A DNA stretch of 32,000 nucleotides from an uncultured Acidobacteriota bacterium (GCA_963816725.1 CAWFMC010000018.1:431977-463976), one strand, 5' to 3'. Shown: positions 14,498 through 24,634, counted from the stretch's first letter. Notes: generated from the sequence alone by a model not told the origin. Translations and numbers: made by a program.

Positions 14498-16039
14498 ATG
14501 CTGGTGCGCTCCACACAACGTTCGTCCCTCCTTCCGACCCGGCGCGAGCTGGGCATTTTCGCCTGCCTGCTATGTGCGGTCGTCGCCCTGGCCTGCCGAA
14601 ACAGCGGTCCTGTGAGCGCGGTCAAGGACAGCCTGACGATCGGCATCTCAATACCCAAGGTCGGTGGGGACGAAAACAACATCGACAAAGTGAGCGGGTC
14701 GATGACGTTGGAAACGGCGGTAGCCAACGCACTCGACGGCAAGCCGGCAAAGCGCATATTCGACAGTTGGAAATGGATCGAACACGGCCACGCCCTCGAG
14801 CTGCACCTGCAGCCTCGTGTTTTCTTTCACGACGGTACTCCTCTCAACGCTGAGCTCGCCGCTGACATCCTCAGGGACAGTCTCACCCACCCGGAGCTAA
14901 CGCAGATTTCCGAAGTCGATTCGGTCGCCGCGACCGACGACGAGCATGTCGTGATCAGGACCAAGCGACAGGAGGGACTGCTACTGTCGGACCTGTCGAT
15001 GATCGAATTCGAGCGCCCAGGCAAGCCCGGTGTGGGCACGGGTCCCTTCAAGGCGACAGCCGACCCGGCGACCGTGGAAGCCTTCGATCGGTACTACCTG
15101 GGCGCGCCGACACTCAAGCGGGTCAGGCTCGTCGAATACGATTCTCAGCGGGCCGCCTGGTCGGCCATGATGCGCGGCGAGATTGACATGCTGCATCAAG
15201 TCAGTCGAGACGCCGAGGAGTTCGTCGAAGCCGAGTCGAGTGTCAAGGCCACCAAGTTCCTCAGGCCCTACTACAACGGCATCGTGTTCAACACTCGTCA
15301 TGCCGACCTCTCCAAGCGGGAGGTCCGAGTCGCGCTGAACGAGGCGATCGATCGTGCCGCGATTGTGCGCCTCAGCCTGGGCGGACAGGGGCGGCCGGCC
15401 AGCGGACCCGTATGGCCTCTGCATTGGGCGTATTCGACGTCGGTGTCGGAGTTCGGTTACGACCCGGCTCGCGCTGCGGAGCGGCTGGATGCTCTCGGCT
15501 ACACCGTCGGTCGGGTCAAAGAACCGGGGCGGATGCCGAGCCGGTTTCATTTCAAGTGCCTGCTGGTCGAGAACGATCCGGGTGCCGAGCGAATCGCCCT
15601 GCGCGTGCAGCGACAGCTTTACGAGCTGGGCGTCGACATGGAGGTCGTGCCGGTAAAGAGTCTGAGGAAGGCCTTCAGCACCGGCGACTTCGATGCGGCG
15701 CTGCTGGAATTCATCGGCTCGCGTGCGCTGAACTGGCTCTATATACTCTGGCACTCGCCGCAGCCAGGAGCACGGAGTCAGCTCCCAACCGGGTACGACG
15801 CCGCCGACTCGGCACTCGACCGATTCCGGTCAGCAACCGACGAGACCGATATCCGGGCGTCAGTGGAAGAAATGCAGCGAGTGTTCCGCGACGATCCTCC
15901 GGCTCTGTTCCTGGCCTGGCAGGAACGCTCGCGAGCCCTGAGCAGGGCGTTCGAAGCACCGGACGAGGGCAACGTCGACATCCTCGGAACGATCCGCCAG
16001 TGGCGCGGCGTGCCGATGCCAAAGCAGGGCCGCAAATGA
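14498..16039 (+). CDS. family-5 (peptide/nickel/opine type) substrate-binding protein, no cognate transporter genes nearby
   Basis: SBP_bac_5-like motifs FFHDGTPLNA, GTGPFK, FGYDPARAAERLDALGY. N-terminal signal sequence with a possible lipobox (VVALAC). No permease or ATPase genes adjacent. Confidence 0.85.
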   Translation: MLVRSTQRSSLLPTRRELGIFACLLCAVVALACRNSGPVSAVKDSLTIGISIPKVGGDENNIDKVSGSMTLETAVANALDGKPAKRIFDSWKWIEHGHALELHLQPRVFFHDGTPLNAELAADILRDSLTHPELTQISEVDSVAATDDEHVVIRTKRQEGLLLSDLSMIEFERPGKPGVGTGPFKATADPATVEAFDRYYLGAPTLKRVRLVEYDSQRAAWSAMMRGEIDMLHQVSRDAEEFVEAESSVKATKFLRPYYNGIVFNTRHADLSKREVRVALNEAIDRAAIVRLSLGGQGRPASGPVWPLHWAYSTSVSEFGYDPARAAERLDALGYTVGRVKEPGRMPSRFHFKCLLVENDPGAERIALRVQRQLYELGVDMEVVPVKSLRKAFSTGDFDAALLEFIGSRALNWLYILWHSPQPGARSQLPTGYDAADSALDRFRSATDETDIRASVEEMQRVFRDDPPALFLAWQERSRALSRAFEAPDEGNVDILGTIRQWRGVPMPKQGRK

Positions 16040-17751
16040 GGGGCGTCACCGCCAGGTTCGTGATGCTCATTGCGACGGCAGCCGTCGCGCCGCTGGTCGT
16101 GTATGGCGTCGTCTCGATTCTCCGCCTCGAATCGGGCACCAAACAGTCGGTGACCGAAGGCAACACGCGGGTCGCCAAACAAGCCGCCGAGCAGATCAAG
16201 CAGTACATCGAGAACAACCAGCGCGTCCTCAAGTCCCTCGGCGTCGAGCTCCGCGCTCCGGAGCTGCAGGACTGGCAGCGGTCCGGGATCCTGCGCGACT
16301 ATGTGCTCGATTTTCCGGAGTTCCGCGAGATTGCCTTACTCGACGACAGCGGTGCCGTGGTGGTCACCAGCCGGTTTGGACAATCCAGGGCCACGGTCCC
16401 CCCGGCCGAGAATGTCACGGGCGACCTCTACGTTTCGGCGCTGCGCCTCGATGACGACTTCCTGCCGACCGCCACTATCGGTGTCAGGACCAACAGCCCG
16501 CAGAGCGGCCGGACGTGGATCGTCGGCGAGATCGCGCTCGAAGAGCTGTGGCGCATGGTCGACCGCATTCGCGTCGGGCAATACGGATACGCGCTGCTGT
16601 TGTCCGAGAAGGGCGTGCTGGTCGCGCATGGCAATCCGGACAAGAAGCGGCAGATCGCGGTGGCCGCAAAGACGGCCTCTGGCGACACGCTGGCAGGTCA
16701 GCGGTACGTCAAGAACAACCCCGGATTGCTTTACGTCGATGAGCCCGTCGACGGCCTGAACTGGCGAGTCGGTGTGGAGCAGCCGGAATCCGAAGCCTTC
16801 CGGCTGAATGGCGAGCTGCGCACCCAACTCCTCTACGTCATCGGCGCGGCGCTCCTCGGCACGTTGGTGGTCGGTTACCTCTGGGCCCGCACCTTCATCA
16901 CCCGCATCTTCGCGCTCAAGCGCGCCACCCTGGCCATCGGCGAAGGGCGCTTCGACGAGCGGGTCGCGCTCACCGGAGACGACGAGCTGAAGCAGCTCGG
17001 CGACTCCTTCAACTCGATGGCCGACAGCATCGTCCAGCTGCAGGAGGACGTGCGTAAGCAGGAACGGCAGGCGATGTTCGGCCGGATCGCCGCCGGCCTG
17101 GTCCACGACCTGTCACACCCGATCCAGAACATCGGGAACAGCTGCAAGCTGATTCAGAAGATGTACGACGACCTCGAGTACCGCGCCACCTTCAAGCGCA
17201 CCGTCGAGCGCGAGATGGTCGTCGTCAAACGGGTGCTCGACGACCTGCGCAACATCGCCCGGCCGATTCCGCTCGAACGGTTCCCAATCGAAGTCGATCG
17301 GACGCTGGGCGAAGTCGTCGAATCGATGCAGCAGCATGCCGAAACCGCCGGCCTGACGCTGCGCGGCGAGTTCGCCGCCACCGGCGCCTTCATCGAGGGC
17401 GACCTTTTTGCATTGGGGCGGGTGTACCGGAATCTGATCGTCAACGCGATTCAGGCCACCGCGCCGGGCGGGCTGGTCGCGGTCGCGACCGAGCTGGCCG
17501 GGGCCCGCGTGCACGTCCGTATTTACGACACCGGTTGCGGGATTCCGCCCGACCGTCTGGGCAGGATTTTCGAAGATTTCGTGACCACGAAGCGGCGCGG
17601 CCTGGGGCTGGGGCTGGCGATTTCCAAGAAGATCGTCGAGCAGCTCGGCGGGACGATTTCGGTTGCCAGCGAGGTTGGCAAGGGCACAACCTTCGTCCTG
17701 GAGTTTCCAAGGACGAAAGGCGGCAACGTGGCCCTCGATCAGGCCGGCTGA
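16036..17751 (+). CDS. sensor histidine kinase (TM, periplasmic Cache-like domain, TM, HAMP, HisKA, HATPase)
   Basis: ATG 16036 overlaps the SBP stop (ATGA). TM helices at about aa 8-28 and 264-288. HAMP region (LKRATLAIGEGRFDERV...ELKQLGDSFNSMA), H-box GLVHDLSHPIQN, NLIVNAIQAT, DTGCGIPP, GLGLGLAISKKIV. Confidence 0.9.
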   Translation: MRGVTARFVMLIATAAVAPLVVYGVVSILRLESGTKQSVTEGNTRVAKQAAEQIKQYIENNQRVLKSLGVELRAPELQDWQRSGILRDYVLDFPEFREIALLDDSGAVVVTSRFGQSRATVPPAENVTGDLYVSALRLDDDFLPTATIGVRTNSPQSGRTWIVGEIALEELWRMVDRIRVGQYGYALLLSEKGVLVAHGNPDKKRQIAVAAKTASGDTLAGQRYVKNNPGLLYVDEPVDGLNWRVGVEQPESEAFRLNGELRTQLLYVIGAALLGTLVVGYLWARTFITRIFALKRATLAIGEGRFDERVALTGDDELKQLGDSFNSMADSIVQLQEDVRKQERQAMFGRIAAGLVHDLSHPIQNIGNSCKLIQKMYDDLEYRATFKRTVEREMVVVKRVLDDLRNIARPIPLERFPIEVDRTLGEVVESMQQHAETAGLTLRGEFAATGAFIEGDLFALGRVYRNLIVNAIQATAPGGLVAVATELAGARVHVRIYDTGCGIPPDRLGRIFEDFVTTKRRGLGLGLAISKKIVEQLGGTISVASEVGKGTTFVLEFPRTKGGNVALDQAG

Positions 17752-17834
17752 CATGTTCCGTTCGGGGTCGGCGCGCGTTGATCCTTGTTGGGCCCGTCGC
17801 GAAATCGCGGCGCCGCCGTTCTGTGGAGGATGCG

Positions 17835-18083
17835 ATGTTTCGAACGCTCGTGAAGACCGGCGAGATCGAGGCGGACGGACGCACGTACGTCGCCTACTAC
17901 TTCGAGCTGCGCACGGCGCGTGGCGCGCGCCGCTACAGCTGCGAGATCCTCCTCAAGGCGCCGGACCGGATCATCGTCGACGACGACTCCCTGACCAGCC
18001 TCGAGCTGCTGGTCGCCCGCACCGTGCCGGCCACCCTGGCCAGCCGCCGCCTCGCCGCCCGCCCCGCTGTCGTCGCCGCCTGA
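17835..18083 (+). CDS. hypothetical protein (82 aa)
   Basis: GGAGGA SD 4 nt before ATG 17835. MFRTLVKTGEIEADGRTYVAYYFELRT...; no family recognised. Confidence 0.45.
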   Translation: MFRTLVKTGEIEADGRTYVAYYFELRTARGARRYSCEILLKAPDRIIVDDDSLTSLELLVARTVPATLASRRLAARPAVVAA

Positions 18084-18115
18084 GTCTGCGCGGGACCGGC
18101 CGTACAAAGCAAATC

Positions 18116-18155
18116 GGCCCGCTGGCGCGCCGCATCGAACAGGGCGCCAGGGGCC
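18116..18155 (-). terminator. hairpin terminator downstream of hup (between convergent genes)
   Basis: GGCCC(G)CTGGCGC / GCGCCAGGGGCC forms a 12-bp stem with one bulge. On the minus strand it is followed by GATTTGCTTTG. Confidence 0.45.
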
Positions 18156-18173
18156 GATCAGGCAACGGGCTTG

Positions 18174-18473
18174 CTACTTCCGCGGCAGTACCGAGTCCTT
18201 CAGCTGCTTCGCGATCCGCGCCTTGACGACCGTCTTCGCCGGAATCTTGATCGCTTCGCCAGTCGCGGGGTTGCGGCCCATCCGGGCCTTCCGCTTCTGA
18301 ACCACCAGCTTGACCATTCCCGGCAAGACGAACTCGCCAGAGCGCTTCAGCTCCTTCTCCGCCAGCGTCGTCATCTCATCGAAGAACTCCCTCGCCTGCG
18401 TCCGCTTGATCTCGAAACGATCGGCGAAGTGCGAGAAGAGTTCTGACTTGCCCATTCTGCGGGCCTCTGCCAT
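18174..18473 (-). CDS. hup: HU family DNA-binding protein
   Basis: KSELFSHFADRF..., beta-arm RKARMGRNPATGEAIKIPAKTVVK. An alternative start at ATG 18455 (MGKSEL) is possible. Confidence 0.9.
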   Translation of the reverse strand: MAEARRMGKSELFSHFADRFEIKRTQAREFFDEMTTLAEKELKRSGEFVLPGMVKLVVQKRKARMGRNPATGEAIKIPAKTVVKARIAKQLKDSVLPRK

Positions 18474-18585
18474 CGGCTGTTCCCCTTGCTGTGGGCGCGC
18501 TGTCTGTTGCCCGCGGTCGGCCGCGCGCGCGTGCGGCGGAGGCGGAGAAATTGTGTGAAAGCAGCCGGTATCCTAGCGCGCCGCG

Positions 18586-18627
18586 TTTTGGCCTGTCAAT
18601 GCGCGATCCTGCGGACACAGGCCAAAA
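18586..18627 (+). other. perfect 11-bp stem-loop in the hup/queF divergent intergenic region (possible queF leader structure)
   Basis: TTTTGGCCTGT (18586-18596) pairs with ACAGGCCAAAA (18617-18627) around a 20-nt loop, 28 nt upstream of the queF ATG. Confidence 0.3.
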
Positions 18628-18654
18628 TCGGCCTGAATGCTACAATTTTCTGCC

Positions 18655-19020
18655 ATGGATCTGGAGACCTTCCCCAACCCGAACTCCGCGCGCGACTACG
18701 AGATCGCCATCCGCTGCACCGAATTCACCTCCGTCTGCCCCAAGACCGGCATGCCGGACTTCGGTGAAATCCGCATCGCGTATGTGCCGGATGCCCTGTG
18801 CGTCGAGCTCAAGTCGCTGAAGTACTACATGTTGCAGTTCCGTGACCGCGGCATTTTCTACGAGGCGGTGACTAATCAAATCCTCGACGACCTGGTCGCC
18901 GCGGTCCAGCCGCGACGCATGACCGTGGTCGGCGACTTCTCGGTCCGCGGCGGGATCAGCACGATCGTCACCGCCACGCATGAGAGCGGTGCCCGGCCGC
19001 ACGCCGGGGTGACGAGTTAG
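18655..19020 (+). CDS. queF: NADPH-dependent 7-cyano-7-deazaguanine (preQ0) reductase, unimodular type
   Basis: Catalytic Cys context [14 protein letters not shown] and QueF motif ELKSLKYYM. Start set to ATG 18655 (MDLETF). Confidence 0.9.
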   Translation: MDLETFPNPNSARDYEIAIRCTEFTSVCPKTGMPDFGEIRIAYVPDALCVELKSLKYYMLQFRDRGIFYEAVTNQILDDLVAAVQPRRMTVVGDFSVRGGISTIVTATHESGARPHAGVTS

Positions 19021-19059
19021 AAGCGGTCGGGGAACTTAGCGCGAGGAGTAAGAGGTCTC

Positions 19060-19356
19060 ATGGACGACGCGGTCCGGCTCCCGATCGAGGACACGCTGGA
19101 TCTACACAGCTTCCAGCCGCGCGACGTCGTCTCGGTGGTCGAGGAGTTCGTCACCGCCGCGGCAGCCGCCGGGCTCACCGAGGTGCGACTGATTCACGGA
19201 CGCGGCCGCGGTGTGCAGCGCGGCATGGTGCAGGCCGTCCTCGAACGCCTTCCGCTCATCGACGCGTTCTGGGACGCGCCGGAGAGCCACCTCGGGGCGA
19301 CGGTGGCCAGGCTGGTTCGGGACTCCACCCAGCGCGAGCAAGGAGGACGAGGCTAG
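19060..19356 (+). CDS. Smr domain-containing protein
   Basis: TLDLHSF and IHGRGRGVQRGMV match the Smr LDLHG / HGxG pattern. 98 aa. Confidence 0.8.
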   Translation: MDDAVRLPIEDTLDLHSFQPRDVVSVVEEFVTAAAAAGLTEVRLIHGRGRGVQRGMVQAVLERLPLIDAFWDAPESHLGATVARLVRDSTQREQGGRG

Positions 19357-20045
19357 AACACGCCCGGTAGGACGCGCCAGCGAACCACCTGCTGATACCG
19401 CCGATAGGCATCGTCTTTCGCCAGCGTCCGCTCCTCGCAAACCGCCCGCGCCAGCAGTGCCGTATCCGCAGCCGCCAGCAGCAGCAGGTTCCAGAGGATC
19501 GGGTTGGCGGCGACGAAGGCCAGGTGGGTGACGAGATACCCCAGATAGATCGGATGGCGGACCGACCGGTAAAGTCCCGTCGACACGATGCCACGGTTGG
19601 CCGGCATCAGGCCAAAGCTCCGGCCGAGAGACATCTTCCCCACGATCACGACCAGGAGGCCGGCGGCGGAGACGAGCACGGTGGTCAGCTCCGGCGCGAT
19701 GCCCTCACCCATGGTCGGGCGCACCAGCGGCGGTCCGAGCATGGACAAGGCCGTCAGGACCCGTGCGCGATGGCTGCGATCGACCGTCGCGGGCGATCGG
19801 CGGAGGACGGTCAGCACGACGACCAGGGCCTCGCTCGCCAACAGCAGCAACCCGGTCAACTTCCCGCTCTGCGCGTAATCGACACCGAGTCGTACGGCCA
19901 TCACCGTGAAGAGCGCGATCACGATCGAGCGCGCCGCCGTCTCAGCTACGTCGCGTCGCGCCTCGACGACCGGCTGCGCTGTCGAGCGCGACGGGAGGCC
20001 GACCTCCAGCGTCGCGGCGAGCTCCGGGGAGCCATCGAACGCCAT
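19353..20045 (-). CDS. isoprenylcysteine carboxyl methyltransferase (ICMT)/phospholipid methyltransferase family membrane protein
   Basis: Multi-TM protein with C-terminal GLYRSVRHPIYLGYL...EERTL...YRRY signature. Start set to ATG 20045 (MAFDGS), 11 nt after the AAA+ gene stop. Its stop overlaps the Smr stop (CTAG). Confidence 0.8.
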   Translation of the reverse strand: MAFDGSPELAATLEVGLPSRSTAQPVVEARRDVAETAARSIVIALFTVMAVRLGVDYAQSGKLTGLLLLASEALVVVLTVLRRSPATVDRSHRARVLTALSMLGPPLVRPTMGEGIAPELTTVLVSAAGLLVVIVGKMSLGRSFGLMPANRGIVSTGLYRSVRHPIYLGYLVTHLAFVAANPILWNLLLLAAADTALLARAVCEERTLAKDDAYRRYQQVVRWRVLPGVF

Positions 20046-20056
20046 CGCGCGGCGCT

Positions 20057-21385
20057 TCACGCCTCGCCTCCCTGTGAGCTGGTCTCTTCGAGGAAATAGC
20101 TGCGGCACGCCGCGTCCAGCAGGTCGCGCGAAAGCGCCGGCGGCCGGCCCTGGTAGCGGCACATATCGACGACCTGCTCGACCAAATCGCGCGGGTGGCA
20201 GGCGCGCATCTGGAGCTTGCGTGGCGTGTAGTACTTCCGGTTCAAGTACTCGACCATCACCGGATCGAACGCCAGCCCGCGCTTCCGGCAATTCAGCTCG
20301 AAGATCCGGCAGTACTCGTCGAGGGTCGGGTTCTTCGCCAGGATCTTGTAGGGGATCCGGCGCAGGAACGCTTCGTCGGCCAGCGATTCCGGTTTGAGAT
20401 TGGTGGCGAACACGATCAGCACGTTGAACGGAACCTCGAATTTTCGTCCGGTGTGCAGCGTGAGGAAATCCACCCGGCTCTCGAGGGGCACGATCCACCG
20501 GTTCAGCAAATCCCGCGGCGGCACACGCTGTCGGCCGAAGTCGTCGACCACGAACACCCCGCCGTTGGCCTTGAGCTGGATCGGGGCTTCATAGAACCGC
20601 GCGATCGGGTTGAACGTCAGGTCGAGCATCTCCAGCGTCAGCTCACCGCCGACCACGACCACCGGCCGGCGGATGGACTCCCAGCGGCGATCGTGTGCCG
20701 CGCTGGTGATCACGCTGGAGGACGCCCCGGTGCTGCGGATGTGCGTGTGGTTCACCGGATCGAACATGGTGATCACCTGCCCGTCCACGTCGAGCGCGTG
20801 CGGGATGTGCATCTCCTCACCCAGGGCCCGTCCGATGCCTTCGGCGACCACCGTCTTGCCGTTGCCGGGTGCGCCGTACAGGAACAGCGACTTGCCCGAG
20901 TTCACCGCCGGGCCGAGCCGCTCGAACATCGAGTCGTTGACGATCAGGTCCTTGAATCCGGTCGCCAGGCGCTCGCGATCGACATAGGGCCGCGCCGCCA
21001 TGCAGGCTCGCACGTAGCCGTTGTAGTGCGCCAGCGGCACCGGAGCCGGGCCGACGTAACGCGAGATCTCCAGGAACTGGAAGGCCCGATCGCGGCCCAG
21101 ATCGGTGAGCGCGTAACGGTACCCCGCGCTGCCTACGCCGTTGGCGCCCCGGACTTCGAGCAGCTTCTCGAGCCGGGCATGCTGGATCAGCGCGTCGAGC
21201 AGCGAGTACGGCAGCCGCAGGCTGTCGGCCAGCCCGGACCCGCTCGACTCGCCGGCGACAAGCGTCTTCAGCAGCAGCTGCTTCAGCGTGTCCGGGTGGA
21301 GGCCGCTCTCCTCGATTGTCGCCGGCGGCGCCGGCGGCATCGGCTTCGCGGTGGCGGGGCCGACGTCAAGGGCGGCGGCACTCAT
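20057..21385 (-). CDS. AAA+ ATPase of unknown role, translationally coupled to tadC
   Basis: Walker A LYGAPGNGKT, Walker B-like VFVVDDFG, sensor-1-like VFATN, FLRRI. About 170-aa non-ATPase N-terminal domain. Its ATG overlaps the tadC stop (ATGA, 21382-21385). Confidence 0.85.
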   Translation of the reverse strand: MSAAALDVGPATAKPMPPAPPATIEESGLHPDTLKQLLLKTLVAGESSGSGLADSLRLPYSLLDALIQHARLEKLLEVRGANGVGSAGYRYALTDLGRDRAFQFLEISRYVGPAPVPLAHYNGYVRACMAARPYVDRERLATGFKDLIVNDSMFERLGPAVNSGKSLFLYGAPGNGKTVVAEGIGRALGEEMHIPHALDVDGQVITMFDPVNHTHIRSTGASSSVITSAAHDRRWESIRRPVVVVGGELTLEMLDLTFNPIARFYEAPIQLKANGGVFVVDDFGRQRVPPRDLLNRWIVPLESRVDFLTLHTGRKFEVPFNVLIVFATNLKPESLADEAFLRRIPYKILAKNPTLDEYCRIFELNCRKRGLAFDPVMVEYLNRKYYTPRKLQMRACHPRDLVEQVVDMCRYQGRPPALSRDLLDAACRSYFLEETSSQGGEA

Positions 21386-22302
21386 CGGCGGGTGTTCTCG
21401 ATCATGGGGAACAGCACCGTGACGAACCGGATCGCCGCCGGTCCGATGGTGACGACCCAGATTGCCGGGAAGATGCAGAACACCAGCGGGAAGACCATCT
21501 TGACCCCGGTTTTCGCGGCGGCTTCCTCGGCCCGCTGCCGCCGCTTCGTGCGGAGCGTCTCCGAGTAGACCCGCAGCGACTGCGCGACGCTCGTGCCGAA
21601 CTTGTCGGTCTGGATCAGCATCGTGCAGAGCGAGTTCAGGTCATCGACACCGGTGCGGTCGGCGAGGTTGCGGAGCGCCTCGCCGCGCGGCTTGCCGGCA
21701 CGCAGTTCGAGGTTGACGAGCCGCAGCTCGTCCGACAGATCCGCGTAGGCGAATGAGAGCTCGTCTCCCACGCGCGTCAGCGCCTGATCCAGGCCCAGGC
21801 CGGCCTCGACGCTGACCACCAGCAGATCGAGCGCGTCGGCGAGCGACAGGCGGATGCGGTGCGCACGACGTCGGGCGAGCCGCGCGAGCACCATCCCGGG
21901 GATGATGTAGCCGAAGCCCAAGCCAGCGAGCGCGATCGACACGTTCGGACGCATGAGGATCGAGCTGGAGAACAGGAGGAACAGCCCGAGCGCCAGCAGC
22001 ACCCGGATGCCGAAAAAGATCGTCACCGCTTCAGGGCGCCGGTAGCCCGACTGCACCAGCCGCGTCCGCAGCGACCCGAGCTCCTTGGTATTCCGCGGCG
22101 CCCGTTCTCCAATCCGCTTCACCACCCCGACCATCGCGTCGAACGTCTTGCGCTCGACCGGCTCGGCGCCCTGGGCGGCAGTGGTCAGCTCCTCGAGACG
22201 TCGATCGATCGCTCCGGCGCGCTTCGGCAGCAGCACGAATGCCGCACCCGTGACGATCACCGAGCCGAATAGAAATGCCAGCAGCGGCAGCAGCAACGTC
22301 AC
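21382..22302 (-). CDS. tadC: Flp pilus assembly inner-membrane platform protein TadC (T2SS F family)
   Basis: T2SSF-type topology and position after tadB. GTG start at 22302. Confidence 0.85.
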   Translation of the reverse strand: MTLLLPLLAFLFGSVIVTGAAFVLLPKRAGAIDRRLEELTTAAQGAEPVERKTFDAMVGVVKRIGERAPRNTKELGSLRTRLVQSGYRRPEAVTIFFGIRVLLALGLFLLFSSSILMRPNVSIALAGLGFGYIIPGMVLARLARRRAHRIRLSLADALDLLVVSVEAGLGLDQALTRVGDELSFAYADLSDELRLVNLELRAGKPRGEALRNLADRTGVDDLNSLCTMLIQTDKFGTSVAQSLRVYSETLRTKRRQRAEEAAAKTGVKMVFPLVFCIFPAIWVVTIGPAAIRFVTVLFPMIENTRR

Positions 22303-22303
22303 G

Positions 22304-23280
22304 CTACACCTCGATCTTGACGACCTGGCGAATCCACATGTAGCCGCACGTCTGCATGACGATCGCGCCGAGGAGCAGCATCTGGCCCATGTGCTCGCGG
22401 AACAGAAGGTTCATGTGGTCGGGGTTGATGAACGCCAGCGCCACGCACAGCACCGCCGGGAGCGCCAGCAGGACGTAGCCGGTCATGCGGCCGTGCGCCG
22501 TGTAGACCCGGACTTGCCGCAGGATCTTGAAGCGCTCGCGCACGACGTGGGCGAGGTTTTCGAGGATCTCCGAAAGATTGCCGCCGGTTTCGCGCTGAAT
22601 CAGAACCGCGGTGGCGAAGAAGCGCACGTCGATGATCGGCACCCGCTGCGTGAGGTTGTCGAGCGCGTCCTTCATCGGCAGGCCGAAGTTCTGCTCGTCG
22701 AACGTCTTGCGGAACTCGGGCCCGACCGGCTCGGCCATCTCGTCGGCCACCATCTTCAGGCCGGTGGCGAATGCGTGCCCGGCCTTGAGCGCCCGCGAGA
22801 TGAGGTCGAGCGCTTCCGGAAACTCCTCTTCGAACGCCCGCATGCGCTTCCCGCGCTTGCGACTGAGCAGTAGGAACGGCAGCGCGAATCCGACGGCCGC
22901 GCCGACCGGCAGCCCCCACGACGCACGCACCGCCATGCCGACCCCCATGGCCACGATGATCGCGACCATCACGGCCTTGACGACGACCGCACTGAGCGTG
23001 GTCTGGACGCCCGTCTGCTCGAGCCAGCGGCTCAGGGCAGACCCTGGAGCCGAGCCGCGCAACAGACGATCGAGCGCCGGCAGCGGGCCGGAGGCCTGCG
23101 CCTTCAGGAGGTCCTCATCTATCGCCGCGCCGCGCTGGTCGGGCGTCTGAGAGATTTGCTGCAGCCGCCTGTCGAGCTTCCTGCGCATCAGCATGCCGGG
23201 CACGCGCGTCGCCCCGAGATAGGCGCCCACCACCAACCCGACGCCGATCACGAACGCCACGCTCACCAGCAGCACCGGCA

Positions 23281-23281
<1 letters not shown>
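22304..23281 (-). CDS. tadB: Flp pilus assembly inner-membrane platform protein TadB (T2SS F family)
   Basis: T2SSF-like. Start set to ATG 23281 (MPVLLVS), overlapping the cpaF stop by 1 nt (TGATG). Confidence 0.85.
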
Positions 23282-24621
<1,340 letters not shown>

Positions 24622-24634
24622 GATGACGTCCTGA

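Noticed and set aside
14049-14516. A 155-aa minus-strand ORF with an internal repeat (LLLGGRRLVDVPRAHV... twice).
   Set aside because: The repeat is simply the antisense image of the tandem peptide-gene duplication. The + strand copies have SDs, and their differences fall only on + strand third codon positions, which identifies the + strand as coding.
18474-18654. A preQ1 riboswitch upstream of queF.
   Set aside because: It was expected from context. However, I cannot find the class I hairpin plus A-rich tail/SD pseudoknot pattern, or anything I can match to class II/III. Only a generic hairpin is reported, at low confidence.
20046-20498. The N-terminal extension of the ICMT-like ORF (19353..20498).
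   Set aside because: It overlaps the 3' end of the AAA+ gene in another frame. The membrane-protein sequence starts at ATG 20045.
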